Source: an uncultured delta proteobacterium
GTDB lineage: Bacteria > Desulfobacterota > Desulfomonilia > Desulfomonilales > Desulfomonilaceae
NCBI GenBank assembly: GCA_963789265.1
Contig: CAWBKB010000001.1
Coordinates: forward strand, 1,760,001 to 1,824,000
Length of the DNA stretch: 64,000 nt
Reading direction: 5' to 3'
Shown: positions 61,343 through 64,000 of the stretch, piece after piece
Position numbering within the stretch: the first letter of the stretch is position 1
Layout of the letters: each line of letters starts with the position of its first letter
The notes under the pieces: model-generated
Told to the model about the DNA's origin: nothing
The model's input: only the letters and a program-made list of their open reading frames with translations
Database searches by the model: none
Translations under genes and position numbers: made by a program

Positions 61343-62559
61343 GACACGACCTCGTTCGGCTCTACCCGCATGGCCTTCCAGATCCCTAGTACGGAGGACA
61401 ACAGAGAAATGGCTGCCACGATCAGAGCAAGAAAAATTTGGTCATCTTGGATAAGCACCACTCTCCTGGGAAACAAAGGGTAGAGCCACTGCCCAAAGAA
61501 GATCGCAATAAGGTATCCCAGAAGTCCGAGAATGACAGCCTGCTGAAGGACCAGCCCCAGTATTACCGAATTACGGGCGCCGATGAGTTTGAGCATCGCT
61601 ATATCATGCAGTTTCTCCAGAGTCAGCGTATAGATGATTAGGGCCATGATGACTGCCGCCACACAGATTAGAATTGTACGAAAAAGACGAAGCTGACGAC
61701 GAGAGCGGTCGACCACTCCTGTGAGAAGCAATGCCTTTTGCTCATCCCTGGTTAGCACAGAGATATCAGGCCAACCTGAAAGTATTGAGCGAACAGAGGC
61801 AAGGTCCGCTCCAGGCTGCAATTGGACTATTACCGCGCTCACAGGTGGAGGGGCAATAGCGGGGAGATTGTCCGATGTGAGCTGAGCCCTCTCCTTTAAC
61901 ATTGGCACGATCTTGCTGAGATTTCCGAAATTTGTGCTGAGTACTCTCAAACTTCGTGCATTGCGTTCCAGGCGGATGGCCTCACCTGACTCGTCGTATT
62001 GGATGTCGTTGGAATCGAGGCGAGTGAAAAAGGCGAGGCCGTCGCCACCTATGCTGAACATTCCCTTAGTGAGCCCCACCACCGTGTAAGTGTTCTTGCC
62101 GAGATGTAACTTGTCCCCCAGTTGAAGTCCCAGAATTTGGTCTGCAATCATTTCATAATGTGCGGCCCCGAGTCGGCGCCCCGCAACAATGGGAAGCCAC
62201 TCACCCCTGTCCTCCGGCCATTCTAGCCCTTGAGCCTGCATTCGGAGAGGCTTATTGCGGAACTCGCGTTGAAGGGAGTAGGTCACAAAAGCATGGGCGC
62301 TGCGAACCCCGGGCACGGCCAACAACCGATCTTCGAGGTTCCTCGGCACACGGGAGATCTCTGCAAAAGGCCCTTTGGTTCCATGCTGGACGACCCAGAG
62401 ATCGGCCCCTATTCTGTCGACCAGCAGAGTGGCCTCTTCGATTAATCCGCGATAAATCCCCGACATCCCCATGACAATCATGAGGAGCATCCCGATCCCG
62501 ACGGTAGTCAGCGAGAAGCGCGAAATATTGTGACGGATATCTTTATATGCGAGATTCAT
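61339..62559 (-). CDS. ABC transporter permease (MacB/FtsX family)
   Basis: GADLWVVQ, EKLHDIAMLKLIGA; 1+3 TM topology. Confidence 0.9.
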   Translation of the reverse strand: MNLAYKDIRHNISRFSLTTVGIGMLLMIVMGMSGIYRGLIEEATLLVDRIGADLWVVQHGTKGPFAEISRVPRNLEDRLLAVPGVRSAHAFVTYSLQREFRNKPLRMQAQGLEWPEDRGEWLPIVAGRRLGAAHYEMIADQILGLQLGDKLHLGKNTYTVVGLTKGMFSIGGDGLAFFTRLDSNDIQYDESGEAIRLERNARSLRVLSTNFGNLSKIVPMLKERAQLTSDNLPAIAPPPVSAVIVQLQPGADLASVRSILSGWPDISVLTRDEQKALLLTGVVDRSRRQLRLFRTILICVAAVIMALIIYTLTLEKLHDIAMLKLIGARNSVILGLVLQQAVILGLLGYLIAIFFGQWLYPLFPRRVVLIQDDQIFLALIVAAISLLSSVLGIWKAMRVEPNEVVS

Positions 62560-63713
62560 CGGGCGGCTACCCTCTGTCCGTCAATTAATTGAGCAGTTTG
62601 AGGACCGATAAGCACCTTGTCACTTTTGGAAAGCCCTCGCGTGATCTCTACCTTATCGGGCCCTTGCAAGCCCAGTGTGAGCTCTTTCCATCGGGCGCGG
62701 CCATTGTCAACGACGTACGCGCCGGGCTTGCCATCGTGCCACAGGATCGCTTTAAGAGGGACGTTGATTACATTAGGTTTCCGCGCAGTCTCTATATAGA
62801 CCTCCGCCCTTTGGCCAACGCCCCAATTTGTGGGCAGTTCGTCTACGCCGCAGTCGACTCGAAATTCCCGGGTCTCACGGTCCACTTCATTTCCCAAGCG
62901 GGTTACCTTGCCGGGAAATTGCTTTTTCGGCTCGGACCGGAAGACCACTCTTGCCGGCTGTCCCGGCGCAAGCCCTGCCATCCGGTACTCGTCGACCCAG
63001 GCTGAAATCCACAGCTCACGCTTCGACACCAACAGAAAGATAGAGGAGCCGGGGACCACAATGTCTCCTACTTCTCGGTCCCGGCGGGCGATGAGTCCGT
63101 CAAAAGGGGCGGTGATACGAGTGTATGCAAGCCTTGCTTGCTGATATTTGAGACGCTCTTTTGTAGCAACTTCCTGGCGACGCGCCTCGGCAATGGCTGC
63201 CGTGGCCGCGGCCAATTCTGCTTTAGCCACCTCCAGGCTCTGCACCACCTTGTCCATCTGGTCCTGTGAAATACTTTTGGTCACCAAGAGCCCGGAATAA
63301 CGATCGTAGTCCAGACGGGCTTTTGCGACATTCGCCTTGGCTTTGTTCTCGTCGGCGATGGTACGTTGGACTGTCGCCTCCGCGGCCTTCACCACGGCTT
63401 CCTGGTTCGTCACTTCTCTCTTGATGTCCGAATCGTCAAGCCGTGCCAACAACTGGCCTTTTTTGACCCAATCATTTTGATCGACCAGGTACTCGACAAG
63501 TGATGCCTGGATCTGAGCGCTAACCGCGCCCTGGTAGTGTGCTTCCAGCGTCCCGGTTCCCATGACTTCTGCCACGACTTCGCCCGTATTCACCAGTTCT
63601 GTCCGGACGGACACCGGACTAAATTTGGTTTCGTACACTGCTGCCCCGACAATCACGATTATTATCGCCCACTTCCACCCTTTACGCATCAAGTTTGAAA
63701 TTGCTATGTTCAC
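62556..63713 (-). CDS. Efflux membrane fusion protein (MacA/HlyD-like)
   Basis: VKKGQLLARLD, ITAPFDG, GDIVVPG, VDRETRE. Confidence 0.9.
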   Translation of the reverse strand: MNIAISNLMRKGWKWAIIIVIVGAAVYETKFSPVSVRTELVNTGEVVAEVMGTGTLEAHYQGAVSAQIQASLVEYLVDQNDWVKKGQLLARLDDSDIKREVTNQEAVVKAAEATVQRTIADENKAKANVAKARLDYDRYSGLLVTKSISQDQMDKVVQSLEVAKAELAAATAAIAEARRQEVATKERLKYQQARLAYTRITAPFDGLIARRDREVGDIVVPGSSIFLLVSKRELWISAWVDEYRMAGLAPGQPARVVFRSEPKKQFPGKVTRLGNEVDRETREFRVDCGVDELPTNWGVGQRAEVYIETARKPNVINVPLKAILWHDGKPGAYVVDNGRARWKELTLGLQGPDKVEITRGLSKSDKVLIGPQTAQLIDGQRVAAR

Positions 63714-64000
63714 CTGCTTCCTTCCTTACATTACGAAGGTTGGCTCGGGTAGCTCGTGAAGACCGCTATCCCACGGAGGAAAAAGGCTCGGGTGCTGTTC
63801 ACTGAATGGGCTCGGTAGGAAACAAGACGGTGCTTCGAGCTGAGGTGGATAATTCACTTCAACGATCCCCCAAGACCCCTCTCGCAGGACAGCCACCGTG
63901 ACTGCGAGCCTGTTCCTCAAGATATGCCGCGAACTTAGGTTCTGGCTTCGGGTGGCAGAGACTCGGCAATCTTCATCAATGCTCCAACTGCTACCAATCG

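Noticed and set aside
63714..63735. SRP RNA-like GGAAGGAAGCAG on the minus strand
   Set aside because: Lacks the preceding TCAGGTCC and the long hairpin; better explained as the ribosome binding region of the MFP gene.
1..64000. CRISPR array, tRNA or rRNA genes
   Set aside because: No regularly spaced repeat-spacer array, cloverleaf or rRNA sequence recognised; the repeats are dispersed palindromes.

Overview
A 64-kb chromosomal window, inferred to come from an anaerobic deltaproteobacterium (Desulfobacterota, Desulfomonile-like). The basis for this is the Rnf operon, Sec usage, a TunR-type regulator and a paralogous beta-barrel family. Core content: an MgtE-cytosolic-domain/NRAMP Mg2+-type transporter pair, two paralogous outer-membrane beta-barrels, a beta-oxidation operon (acyl-CoA dehydrogenase, thiolase, FadB), an rnfCDGEAB operon, oxidoreductases, a small toxin-antitoxin/KAP-NTPase island, two related TolC/MFP/RND efflux loci (one decayed), a PAS hybrid kinase, a usp-chrA operon divergent from a TunR-like regulator, and a MacAB-like ABC exporter. 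Most notable findings: (1) a complete group II intron whose predicted EBS1 (UAGGG) pairs with the conserved CCCTA foot of a GTAG-type REP; it sits inside a REP, inside a MITE, inside another repeat. (2) At least six families of small non-autonomous elements; some have IS66-like or IS231-like ends and target-site duplications, and they carry interchangeable palindromic cargo modules. (3) A selenocysteine RnfB (in-frame TGA at an FeS Cys plus a SECIS hairpin) in an operon whose RnfA has an extra N-terminal exported domain. (4) Candidate ncRNAs: a promoter-driven sRNA with a C-rich loop, a hairpin displaying the 16S anti-SD sequence, and a structured leader before the Mg2+ transporter. Several genes carry single-base frameshifts, probably assembly errors. 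No CRISPR, rRNA or tRNA was seen.
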